From positions 61,442,001 to 61,506,000 of the forward strand of contig OX597833.1 of NCBI GenBank assembly GCA_951406725.2: a DNA stretch of 64,000 bases, in the 5' to 3' direction. The translations under genes were made by a program, and so were the position numbers. The stretch's first letter is position 1. Each line of letters starts with the position of its first letter. The notes under the pieces are model-generated. The model had not been told where the DNA came from, did not search any database, and was given only the letters and a program-made list of their open reading frames with translations. This document shows positions 43,043 through 54,806 of the stretch, one piece after another. This DNA is from Octopus vulgaris (Eukaryota).

Positions 43043-43379
43043 TTTATTATATCAAAAATGTTACGTGTTTTGATATAATAAACATATGTATATATCTATG
43101 AATATGGATATATATATATGTGTGTGTATATATGCATAAATATGTAAATATATATGTATATATATATATATATACATACATACGCAAACACATACACACA
43201 CACACATATTATTGTATTTGTATGCATAGATATGCATGTAGAACAAGTATATATGAGTACAGATATGTGTGTGTATAAATATAGGTATATAATCAGTATA
43301 TTCATAAGTTCCAAAAATAAAATGGTCTTCTTCCAGTATCCAAGACAGGGATTCAATTCGGTTGCAATGTTTTCTTACT
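43043..43379 (-). other. Candidate terminal exon and 3' UTR of the TRIM gene
   Basis: Branch-like CTGAC, pyrimidine tract and ttccag|AG TAA at 43379. With the phase-1 G from exon 2 this reads GAG TAA (Glu, stop), giving ~474 aa. AATAAA at 43048-43043 on the minus strand. A second phase-compatible acceptor lies at 43407. Confidence 0.4.
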
Positions 43380-44009
43380 CTGGAAATAGAAATGAGAATC
43401 AAGTCAGCTGAAAATGAAACAAACATCAGCAATAGAGATAGGATGGTCATGGTTGGTTTGACCATAGTTCTTCTCAGTTAGATTAAATAGGAATCAAGGG
43501 CTCTGATATCATCAGGGAAATGGTGAAATGGTCATGCTAGATATATAGAAAACAAGTTGTGGCCGTTGCCAGCGTAGCCTGGCCCCCGTGGCATGTAAAA
43601 AGCACTATCTGAATGTGGTCAATGCCAGTGCCACCTTGACTGGCTTCTGTGCTGGTGTCACGTAAAAAGCACCAACCAATCATGGTCGTTGCAAGCCCCC
43701 TCTTCCCCCTGTACTGGTGGCATGTAAAAAGCACCCACTACACTCTGGGAGTGGTTGGCGTTAGGAAGGGCATCCTGCTGTAGAAACACTGCCAGATCAG
43801 ACTGGAGTCTGGTGTGGCCTACTGGCTTCCCTAACCCCAGTCGAACCGTCCAACCAATGCCAGCATGGAAAACGGACGTTAAATGACGGTGATGATGATG
43901 ACGACGACGCCGCCGCTGCCACCGCCGATGATGACGATGATGATGATGATGATGATGATGATATACATATATAAAAATTAAAAGAAAATGGAGATTTACA
44001 ATTGGCATA

Positions 44010-44522
44010 TCTATATATATAAAACTGTAGTTGTGTGAGTGTCTGTCCCCTTCGATTTAGATTCCTAACTACTCCCACATTTTGCGGTGCAGTTTAACCA
44101 AATTCGGGTATCTTATAGTCGTGATTCATATCGAGCCCGTCTGAGTATTAGCGCGCGTCTACGATGAGTCTACGATTTTAAAAATAATTTAAAATCATTT
44201 TTTATTCCATTTTAATGCATAATCTTTCGTGTGTCGATGGCGGCGGAGTTGGCGTCCATGGTCACACCTGCACCTGTTTGCTTCTCCCCCTTCTTCCCTC
44301 CCTCGTGAAGCTGTGGGGAAGGGAGTGTAAAGAAATCAACGTCGTAAAGCGTTGTCAAGGAGACCAGCGTTCTTTTAGAACAACGACTTCATGGCTTGAA
44401 GACACCAAAACAGAAATGGCTAAGAAAGCCCGAATTGGCATCTATAAGGGAAGTAACTCTCTAAAAATGCTTATATAGTTATTTCCCTTACAAACCCGAG
44501 CAACGCTGGGCGATACTGCTAG
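44010..44522 (+). mobile_element. Non-autonomous Helitron, copy 1
   Basis: A|TC 5' end, subterminal hairpin CCCGAGCAACGCTGGG, CTAG|T 3' end; homologous to 61144-61533. Confidence 0.85.
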
Positions 44523-44598
44523 TTTTAAATATAATTTATTAACAGAATATTATATTACAATAAATATAATATAATATAAATAGAAATACAAATACTAA

Positions 44599-44681
44599 TC
44601 CTACAAATTGTTTTGATTTTATTACCCAATAATGAATTTATTAAAAAAATTCATATTTATGGGTATGAATCTCATCAGGGA
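44599..44681 (-). ncRNA. Decayed hammerhead motif (GAAA changed to AAAA)
   Basis: TCC-CTGATGA-GATT..TACCCA..ATGAATTT/AAATTCAT..TGGGTA..AATC-AAAA-CAATTTG-TA|GGA. Confidence 0.5.
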
Positions 44682-45084
44682 AATATTTGACAAAATTAGA
44701 CAAAATTACATGTAAGGATTGTTAAATCCTAGAAAAGACTGCATTTTTGTATATTGAATATCTACCCTTTTGAGTTGTGAAAAGTTTCTCTGCCATTTTG
44801 GGTATTTACAGAAAAACCAGTGGAAAACTGGGTATTTTTCCATCCCAATAAAGGAAACTGATTTTCTTTGTATTGAATTATATATATATATATACTCTTT
44901 TACTTGTTTCGGTCATTTGACTGTGGCCATGCTGGAGCACGGCCTTTTAGTCGAGCAAATCGACCACCAGGACTTATTCTTTGTAAGCCTAGTACTTATT
45001 CTATTGGTCTCTTTTGCTGAATTGCTAAGTTACAGGGGACGTAAACACACCAGCATTGGGGGTACAAACACAGACACACACATG

Positions 45085-45415
45085 GACTCATGGTCATGTT
45101 TACAAAGTCAGAAAACAGCACAGCTCCCATGACTTTAGGAAACATTTTTTCACGCTGAGAGTTGCTGAAGCATGGAACAAACTGCCGGCATCAGTTGTTA
45201 GTTGTCGGAGCACTGCATCCTTCAAAACTTCCATGCTTTCTGAGATTCGCCAACACTACACCTGATTTTCTCCCCTCCATACACATGCAAGCATGTATCT
45301 GACTCATACACTGTTCACTTTCCAGACATTTGTACATTACTGCCTATGCTTTATACGCACTTTTAACAAGTTGTGGTGCACCTGTACACTGTATACAATA
45401 ATTTCATTATTATAA
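45085..45415 (+). mobile_element. CR1-clade LINE 3' fragment
   Basis: Same motif and UTR as the copy at 30395-30772; abuts a SINE at the SINE's internal microsatellite. Confidence 0.8.
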
Positions 45416-45914
45416 TAAAACCCCCATCAGCTAAGTAGTGGGTAGTATTTGAGGTCGGTGGAAGAGGATTTATAGCAGGAGTTGACATTACAGTGTGATA
45501 GAGGGACAAGTACGGATGTCTTGCTACAGAGGAAACACATGGCTACGCATGTTATATAAAGGTGGGCAAGAGAAGCTGGAGAGAAAGTAGAGATGATGGT
45601 GACAAGATGGGAGAACATCTTAAGATACAAGGTGAGTGTAAGAGAGGCTACAAGACTGTGAATCAGGGAGAGAAGGGGTAGTTCCATGAGAGTGTGAGGG
45701 AGGAGTAACAGATGGTTAGAAATGGCGGAAGTAGGGGTATAGGTGAATGTAGTGAGTGGTGATAAGGGTGGAGGTGTGTCTGATGGGGGAAAAAGCAGAA
45801 TGGAAAGAGATGCTAAAATGGGAGAAAGGAGGAGAGAAGTGACTCAGGAAGGAGAATCGTTCAAAAAGTACATACATTTATATATATATACCACTGTATT
45901 TATGTTCATATGTG

Positions 45915-46205
45915 AAGGCATGTGGCCTAGTGGTTAGAGTACTGCACTCATGATGCTAGATCATGGGTTCAATTCTTGGACTGGGTGGCACATTGTTTTC
46001 CTTGAGCAAAACTCTTCACTTCACACTGTCCCAGTCCATCTGTAAATGGGTGACCACCCTTTGACAGAAAAGCCTCCTGATCAAGAGAAATGTTAGTCTG
46101 CTCACTTGGCCAGTGGGCTGATGTCGTTCGTGAGCTAAGACAATGCAAAGTGCATTGTGATCAGTGATGTATAACAACATCTAATAGTCTGGTCAATACC
46201 ATAAT
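45915..46205 (+). mobile_element. Old tRNA/CORE-like SINE with tail 2
   Basis: Head and core like the 7716 copy, 3' end like the 31808 copy. Confidence 0.65.
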
Positions 46206-46274
46206 ATACATATATATATATATATTGCTGAATATTCATACACACACACACACGCGCGCGCATATATGTATGTA

Positions 46275-46475
46275 TTTATGTCAGGCATGTGGAAGAGAGT
46301 GTAATTCGGCAGGAGGACTTAAACGACAGGCAAAGGTACATGAAGGTTTTAGTTGCCAATTCTGTACAAGACATTGTAGATCTTTGGCTGGGCTAAAAAG
46401 TCACATTCGATCACAGCACCAGTAACAGTTAAGCTTTGTGCAATGGCCATACTCGATAACGAGGGAGCAGCCATC
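46275..46475 (+). mobile_element. 3' terminus of an RTE-like LINE with C-terminal C2H2-type zinc fingers
   Basis: CQACGRECNSAGGLKRQAKVH..CQFCTRHCRSLAGLKSHIRSQH*, then a short UTR with a CTCG..CGAG hairpin and a (TATG)n tail. No TGEKP linkers. Confidence 0.6.
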
Positions 46476-46932
46476 ATGTATGTATGTATGTCACTGTGTC
46501 ATCATCATAATTATCATTTCATTGAACGTCTATACATCATGCTGGCATAGGTTGGAAGGTTCAACAAAATCCAATGAGTCAAATGACTGCTTTGAGCTCT
46601 AATATCTACATTGGTAAGATTTCTATGGTTACACAAACTTCCTAATGCCAACCACTTTACAGAATGTACTGGGTGCTTTTTTTGTGTGTGACACCAGCAC
46701 AAATGAGGATACCAAAATAACTCACAAAACAAGCTCCTTTGAGAGAATGGGAGGTATTGATGCGAGATGGCTTTGTATTGAGTACTGAGTATTGAGAAAT
46801 GAAAGTATGATATAGGTGACAGCAACAGGTAATTTACTGGGGAGGAAGTAGATGGCTACCCCAGCAAGATAAGGAGAAAGGATGGTGGAGCAAGGTGTCA
46901 GGACATACCTTCGTCTCACAAAATGTTCTTAC

Positions 46933-47629
46933 CTGCTGACAAAAATATGACTCCATCAGCTAACAGGGATGTTTTTGACTGACTGATAGACCTGGTTATG
47001 TGTGGTACCTTTGGTGGACCACGTCTACACAGCCAGGACAACAAACCACGTGGTTTTACCTGCCGAGACTTTTCATTGCTCACCTCAACAAGGGCCGTTT
47101 CTGTTGCTACCTCTGTTGTCTCGATAAAGTTCATAGACGTCGACGAATCTATCTTTGGTAAGTTGTACCTCACGATGGCATCGTTGCCCACTTCTTCTGT
47201 TGGAGTCTCAGAAGTAATGGTAACTGTTCCGAGTGGCAAACCTTCCAACTTTCTCAGACATTCCTGGATTTTGGTGTTCATGTCAAACCGAAAATGTCGC
47301 TTTTCTTTGTCAATTCGTTCTAACAACTTCTTCACTTTCTTTGCATTATCGGGAATTTTCTTGTCAATTGTATTAACAAGATTCAGGAACTGAGGTTCAT
47401 TTTTACCTCGGTAACAGTTTTCAAATATTTTGTAAGTTTCTGAAAGATTGGACAGTGTGTCGTTGATGTCATTTTCAAGAATTTCTCTCTTAGCATCCTC
47501 TTCTTTGTAGAACTTTTCCAGTTCTTCAATCAGGTTGGTCTCATTCATCTTGAGAGAGTCTATCAATCGACTGGTCGTGTCCTGGATATCAGACACTATG
47601 CTGGTTCGACGGTCAAGGGCTGTATTGCG
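46933..47629 (-). CDS. TRIM gene, second coding exon (coiled coil plus low-complexity C-terminal tail)
   Basis: Acceptor ttctttctctttcag|CGC at 47629 is phase 0 and in frame with ORF 46916..47596 (RNTALDRRTSIVSDIQD...). Heptad-like E/K/L-rich sequence follows. Donor G|GTAAGA at 46933/46932 is phase 1. Confidence 0.88.
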
Positions 47630-47870
47630 CTGAAAGAGAAAGAATGACTGAAATATATGGTATGTATTATTATAATTTATTATAATATATTATAATATAT
47701 TATAATATATGAGAGTTTGCTCTTGTATTCCACCACTACCTTCCTTCTTATCTCCTTCAGCCATATATCTCCCCTACAGCAACACACCTGTGATTGATTT
47801 TTCCTTGATGAACACAGGTGTCTTGCTATGCTTTTTTCCAATATATTGGTAATTCTACCAGCTTGCTAAC

Positions 47871-48415
<545 letters not shown>

Positions 48416-50269
48416 TCTTTCTACAATAAGCACAAAACCTGAAATTTAGAAGATGTCTAGTCAATTACATCAACCCCAGTGCTCAACTGGTACTTATTTA
48501 ATCCCATCTTCAACCCTTTCAATTGCGTTCACCACACAACTTCTTTCACCATAGCCACCAGACAGAGAAAAACTGCTTGTCCTTCTCAGCCAAAGGAAGG
48601 AGGCAGGGTGATCATTATGATGGACTCAGATAATAGCCAGATCTGTCCAACATGTGACAATAACTTGAGTTCTATAGGGGATTAGTGGAGGGCAAGAGTG
48701 ACAATGTTCTCAGAGAGGTTCTGAGCATCAGGAGGGATGAACTGGCTGATCTTTTCTGGAGGACTTTCGGACCAGGGCCTATGGGTTACTTCCAGAAATC
48801 CCTGGCCTGGCAGTGTTACTGGGGGGGGGGCTCTGCTGGTTTGGGATAAGTTCTAAAAGCATGGGTGTGCATCAAAAGGGCTTGACTAAGATGCATGCAG
48901 GGTGATGAAACTGTTCTGCATGCTCTCGTACAGTGTCCATGATCAACCCTGAAAGGACGAAGGGTAAAGCTGACAGCGACGACGACGACAACAACAACAA
49001 CAACAACATTAATAATAATAATAATAAAATAGAATAGAATAAGACAAAACATTGTGGAAACAAGTAATCAATGACTTACAAAACAACTTCATTTATTGAT
49101 TCTGAATTGGTGACTAATCTTTCAGAACAACCTTACAAATTCACACCCCACCCTTCAAGATATAAAGGGGTGTGCCAGGTTTAAAGTAAACACAAATAAT
49201 CCTTTACTGAACAGATGTTGTCCTATTGATTCAAATTGGGATGACTAAACTTAGACAGTTGAGAATAATGATTTTTGTTTTATGACAAATTACAATGTTT
49301 TCTTAACCTGTTTTACTGTATTTCCTCTTTTCTCATATCACCATCTTGTTTCCTCCCACATACGATAATGTAAAAAAAAGTAGTTTTGTATGTAACACTA
49401 ATACATGACATTAACAACTTTATATCAAAGTACTTTTGTGTGTAACATTATTACTTAACATTAACAGATTTAAAACTGACGTTCCATCAGTTATGACAAC
49501 GAGGGTTCCAGTTGATCCAATGAACGGAACAGTCTACTTGTGAAATTAGTGTACAAGTGTCTGAACACTCCACACACACATATACCCTTAATTCAGGGAG
49601 TTTCAGTATAACACCAAATGTGACAAGGCTGACCTTTTGAATTAGGGATACAACTCATTTTTGCCAGCTGAGTGGTCTGGAGCAATAAGGAACAGTATTT
49701 TTTATTCATTTCATCTGCCATAGAGGCAGTACAGGGATGGGTAGCTTTGTGGGCTGGACAAGACACTGATGAGGCAAATGATAATAATGCAAGATGATAA
49801 GGATGGGAGAAGACAGAAAGCCCCCGCCGACCCTCTGCTTCTCTAAAACATTGTTCTTTAAAAACACACATACAGAGGTATTAACCCTCTTACAATTTAA
49901 AATACAATATATTTGGACTCAAAAGTCCACTCAAATACAAAACATAATTTATACACAAAGTGGAGGTGATAAACCTCTACAAACCCTCCCCGAGCAATTT
50001 TCTTGTGACCTGCAGGCATTCCTGCAACTGCAATCCAAAATAAGAAGCAGTATCTTGCTCATGGACACAGTGCACCACCAGGAATTGAATTCATGACCTT
50101 ATGGTCATCATCTGAACACCCTAAACGCTAAGCCACATACCTTCTAAAGTACTCTTGCGTATAACACTATTACATGGAACCAACAGCCTGGGTGTTTTAC
50201 AAAACACATGTCAAAAGGACAGTGTTTTGTAATATGACATTTGAGAGTTTATCATCAACATCAAAGGGG

Positions 50270-50560
50270 GGCAAGATATCTCAAACTCTGAAGTCCTCAG
50301 GAAGGCTGGCTTTCAATCCATGCAACCTTCTGTTGAAGCAGAGGAATTTTCACTAGCCAGGCCACATTGCCAGACTTGACAATGATAGACTCTCAAAGAA
50401 AGTCCTGTTCTTGTAACTGGAAGATGGTTATTGAAACATTGGTAGAGCCAGGTTGAGATTCAAGGACACTGTTAAACAGAACCCAAAGGATTTGTCTACC
50501 CCAAACTGACAAGTGGAACCAGTTAGATGGTAATCATTTCATCTGAAGAAACTTGATTCA
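50270..50560 (+). mobile_element. Degenerate RTE LINE C-terminal fragment in TRIM intron
   Basis: LLLKQRNFH*PGHIARLDNDRLSKKVLF.*LEDG..IGRARLRFKDTVK resembles the RTE W.GH..RM..R.PK...GRP..R.KD motif. Confidence 0.6.
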
Positions 50561-51140
50561 TGGAGTCAGTCTTGGTTGTTCAAGATAGAATGGTTAGAGT
50601 AAAGCAGCCTTGTATACAATATACTTCTATAATAATAAAAGTGAAATTCTGTCTGTCTTTACTTGACTTATAACTGCTTTCTGTCCTCTCTGTTACCTTT
50701 TTCCGATGAGCTGTAATGCACCTGAGTACCATACACAATAATCTCACTTTTATTTACTTCACAATCTTCGTTTATTTTTCTCTTCTCAAAGAAACTATAA
50801 GACTTCATTCCTGGGTTTGTAATCTGAGAGGTCAGGATGGCAACAGCAGGTTTACTTAAACAAAGAGAACCATAGACAGGAAAGTTGAGACAGAGGCTTG
50901 GAATAGCCTTCTTTGAATATGTATATATGTATATGTTTGTGTGTGTGTGTTTGTATGTATGGTTGTGTGTGGGTGTACAAGTATATGTGTGTGTCCATAT
51001 ACATTGTGTGTGTGTCTATAGATGTGTGTGTGTATATATACATATTTATATATATAGTCAATTAAAAAAACACAGAGAAAAAGAAAAAAACAAACAAACG
51101 TGGCACAAACAACTAGATGCTCAGAGAAAGAGGAGAGTAG

Positions 51141-51179
51141 TTGTTTTATGTTTCGAGCATAGCTCTTCTTCAGAAACAA
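51141..51179 (-). ncRNA. Minimal hammerhead motif in TRIM intron, sense orientation
   Basis: TTGTTT-CTGAAGA-A-GAGC-TAT-GCTC-GAAA-CA-TA|AAACAA; perfect 6-bp stem I. Confidence 0.65.
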
Positions 51180-51401
51180 GAAAACAATAAAGTCCAAAGG
51201 GGAACAAGGAAGAAGGGGGGGAAATATTACCAACAGTCCATGTGCGGTTACATTTCTGAAGTGACCAGAAGTAGAAGGAATGAAGAGAAAGTGCTTTCTG
51301 GGACAGGAAAGTATGAAGATAGTTGGTGTGTGTATGTGTGTGTGTATGTAAGGGAAGGGGTCTATAGCCGTATGTCAATTTCAAGACCAACAGTCACTCA
51401 C

Positions 51402-52124
51402 CTGTTTTGTTATTTTGTCTCGCAGAAGCACCATTTCCTCCATGTGTTTCTTGAGGCTGTCTATGATCAGATCAGCCGTCGTAGAATAGTCAGCAACAGC
51501 TTCCTCCAACAGTATTATCTTCTCACAGTTCTTGTGGTCAGTCAGATGGCATTTGTAGCATATACACACCTTACACTTGTTGCAGAACGACCGCAGAGAT
51601 TCAGTGTCGTGTTTCGGGCATGGGTATGCATTGTTCGCAAACAGGAAGCCCTTCACACTGCAGTCCTCTATCAACGTGTGATCGGATGTCAACTGCAGAG
51701 TCCGATGGGAATTTGTACAGCTTTCACACAGAGATTGGTAACAGTCCTGACACCAGGAGACACTCTTTGATTGGATGTCATCTCCCATACAAATGCCACA
51801 GAATTTGGTTACGGGTCGAATATCTAGTTGTTGCATTAAGTTTACCATGTGGAAGTTGTCTGGGAATGAGTCTACGACAGATCTTAGATTAGCAAAACTG
51901 AGTCTTTGCTGCCATTCCAACCTCACTTTATATTTACAAACCGGGCAAGGAAAATTATCGTAATATAGAACGGAGGATGGCGAAGCTGTGGTTGGTTGCC
52001 TGGATTGCAGATATTGCAGCAGACATTCTAAGCAAAAACAATGTAGACATGGAAGGGACTTGGGTTCAGTGTAGGGTTCCAGGCAAAGATTACAAATGAA
52101 ATTTTCGTACAAGGATTCGTCCAT
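51402..52124 (-). CDS. TRIM/RBCC E3 ubiquitin ligase, first coding exon (RING, B-box1, B-box2, start of coiled coil)
   Basis: ATG at 52124 in agaATGG context. C3HC4 RING CNLC..PKSLPCLHCFCLEC...CPVC; B-box1 CGIC..WCQDCYQSLCESCTNSH..H; B-box2 CPKH..FCNKCKVCICYKCHLTDH. Strong donor CAG|GTGAGT at 51402/51401, phase 0, after 241 codons. Confidence 0.93.
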
Positions 52125-52321
52125 TCTTCTGTTATCGCAGCCTGTTTAACAATTCTTCCTCCTTATCTCTCTCCTCTAGTTTCACTTTCTGTTCTTTAGT
52201 GCCAAGTCTTCAATGCCGATTTAATACTGTTTTCTTTCAGTTCCTGGTGAAGAGGTTTCAATTAAGAAATATTTTACTTTGCCTTCGTTAAACTAATTTG
52301 TAGCCATGACAGTGTTTCTTG
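52125..52321 (-). other. Putative 5' UTR part of TRIM exon with a short uORF (MATN*, 52307-52293)
   Basis: Acceptor-like tgttttgatcttacag| at 52322/52321; gtcATGG CTACAAAT TAG lies in non-repetitive sequence. Confidence 0.45.
52178..52190 (+). promoter_or_regulatory. ISRE/IRF-binding-like element
   Basis: AGTTTCACTTTCT matches the ISRE consensus AGTTTCNNTTTC and lies ~54 bp upstream of the TRIM ATG. Confidence 0.5.
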
Positions 52322-53161
52322 CTGTAAGATCAAAACAGATTATTTTTTTAAATATTAAATATAAACATGGAAAACGGACGCTAAACGCTAAACGATGATG
52401 ATGATGATGATGATGAAACAGAATATAAAGTAAGATTTTAAAAATTAAATTAAGAAAGTTAACTTCTTCCTCATCAGATGCATGGCTGTGTGGTTAAGAA
52501 GCCTGCTTTGCAATCACATGGTTTTGGGTTCAGCCCCACTGTACAGTATTCTGGGAAAGTGTCTTCTATTAGAGTCCAGTATGTGCAATGGTAACATGAG
52601 GAAACAGAAACATACACCTAGTGCCCACATCCATACACACACACAAATACACACACGCACACAGTCATTTCTTTCTTTCTCTCTCTCTCTCTCTCTTTGT
52701 TTATATATATATATATATATATATATTATGTAATTAGATATAGACTAATATTGATATTAGATTATGGGTGGGTTTCCTACCTTATAAATTAAAATTAATA
52801 TTTAACATTATAGTCGATTTGGATATAATCATAATTGTTAAGTTCTATGTCTCTAGTTTGATAATAGAGTTTATTATAAGTAAAATTATTATATTATATA
52901 TATTATTTTATGTGTCGGTGGCACATAAAATCACCCACTACACTCTCGGAGTGGTTGGTGTTAGGAAGGGCATCCAGCTGTAGAAACACTGCCAGATCTG
53001 ACTGGCCTGGTGCAGCCTTCGGGCTTGCCAGACCCCAGTTGAACCGTCCAACCCATGCTAGCATGGAAAGCGGACGTTAAACGATGATGATGATGATGAT
53101 GATTATTTATATCTTAAAAATATTGTTTAAATATTTCTGATTATATTTTAGATATTTAAAT

Positions 53162-53224
53162 CACCTGAAGAATGACTGTAACTCGAAATTTTAAGAATTG
53201 GACAGCCATGAAACGATCGTAGTG
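53162..53224 (+). ncRNA. Type I minimal hammerhead ribozyme motif
   Basis: CAC-CTGAAGA-ATGACTGT...ACAGCCAT-GAAA-CGATCG-TA|GTG; palindromic stem III ACGATCGT. Confidence 0.78.
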
Positions 53225-53315
53225 TTTATCTGCATGTATGTGTGTGTGTCTCTCTCTCTGTGTCTGTGTTTGTCTCCCTATATATACACACACACAAACA
53301 CATAAATATAAATAT

Positions 53316-53685
53316 ATGTGACTCTGTAGTAAGAAGCTTGCTTCCCAACCACATGGTTTCAGGTTCAATCCCACTGTGTGACACCTTGGACAAGTGTCTT
53401 CTACTATAGCTTTGGGCTGACCAAAGCCTTTTGAGTAGATTTGGTAGATGGAAACTGAAAGAAGCCCGATGTCTATATATCTATGTGTTTGTGTCTTCGT
53501 GACAATAATTTTTGTTTGAGTATTTATGCCTCTGCAACTTAGTGGTTCAGCAAAAGAGACTGATAGAATAAGTACCAGGTTTAATAAAAATAAGTATTGG
53601 GGTCAATACATTTGACTAAAATTTCTTTAAGGCGGTGCTCCAGCATGGCCACAGTCTAATGACTGAAACAAGTAAAAGAGTAAAG
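53316..53685 (+). mobile_element. SINE family A
   Basis: Full-length, more diverged copy. Confidence 0.8.
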
Positions 53686-53690
53686 AACTA

Positions 53691-53725
<35 letters not shown>

Positions 53726-53792
53726 ACCGCGTGTGTATCATTGGTGATTTTTTCCTCCGTCTTCCTTTCCTTGGACTTTTCCTTTTTTCTAT

Positions 53793-53828
53793 ATTTCTGA
53801 CGAAGAGCCTTCGCTCGAAACGTTAAAT
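53793..53828 (+). ncRNA. Minimal hammerhead motif in the ~205-bp element 53723-53926
   Basis: ATTT-CTGACGA-A-GAGC-CTTC-GCTC-GAAA-CG-TT|AAAT. CTGACAA (CpG-decayed) homologues at 28418-28452 (+) and 18238-18274 (-). Confidence 0.7.
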
Positions 53829-53939
53829 CCTCCTCTTTTCTTTCCTTTCCTGAGCGTCCAATAACACTATACTTGTTCCACGTCCTTGTGTTGTTGTGTT
53901 TTCTCTTTGTTCATGTTTGGATTAACAATATATATATTA

Positions 53940-54380
53940 TCTTTTACTTGTTTCATTAGACTGTGGCCATGCTGGGGCACCACCTCAAAGAAATTTTAAC
54001 TGAATGAATCACCCCAGGATTTACATTTTTTAAAACATGGCACATATGGTATCGGTCAATTTTTGTCAAACTTGAGTATGTAAACATATACACACCACTT
54101 GTCAGTCAGTGGTAGGGAGACAAACACAGACACAGAGAGAGAGACACACATACACATGTAGATGAACACACACATGTAGATAAAACAAACACACACACAC
54201 ACATACACACACTCATATATATACGACGGACTTGTTTCAGTTTCTATCTAACAAATCCACTCACAAGGCTTTGGTCATCCTGAGGCTATAGTAGAAGACA
54301 CTTGCCCAAGGTGCCCTGCAGTGGGACTGAACCCGGAACCATGTGGTTGGGAAGCAAGCATCTAATCACATAGCCATACT
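53940..54380 (-). mobile_element. SINE family A
   Basis: Reverse copy, convergent with 53316-53685. Confidence 0.78.
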
Positions 54381-54492
54381 TGCATCTGTCTGTGTATGTG
54401 TGTGTGTGTGTATGTTTATGTATATATATATATGATAGATTGCTAGCTCCTACAAGCATTTTTTTTCTCTCCTTGTTTTTTTTTTCTGTGTA

Positions 54493-54530
54493 TCTTTCTG
54501 TCGAAGAGCGTAGGCTCGAAACGTAAAAGA
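54493..54530 (+). ncRNA. Hammerhead core variant (CUGUCGA)
   Basis: TCTTT-CTGTCGA-A-GAGC-GTAG-GCTC-GAAA-CG-TA|AAAGA. Homologue at 16835-16870 (-) has CTGTTGA. Confidence 0.6.
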
Positions 54531-54761
54531 CTTTTTTCTATTCCTGAGTGCTATACTAATACATTTGTTTGTTTGTACTCCACCTGCCTTCATCTTTTGT
54601 TTATTTTCGTAAACCTTCCCGTTATATAACAATCTGTAGTTATGCAAAAACACTAAATGTGGAAGTACAATAATCATTTACTAGATTTACTAGAATTTAA
54701 ATAAATCTCTTTAAATAATAGCAATAACAACAACAATGGCAACAACAACAACAACAACAAC

Positions 54762-54806
<45 letters not shown>

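Noticed and set aside
46225-46425. Host C2H2 zinc-finger gene
   Set aside because: No TGEKP linkers or splice context, starts in a microsatellite, and ends like an RTE 3' terminus.
48490-48900. L1/Tx1-like C-terminal fragment
   Set aside because: Only vague similarity with stops; cannot be supported without a database search.
51141-51770. 209-aa plus-strand ORF (and 46998..47393)
   Set aside because: Antisense shadows of the TRIM exons with no motifs.
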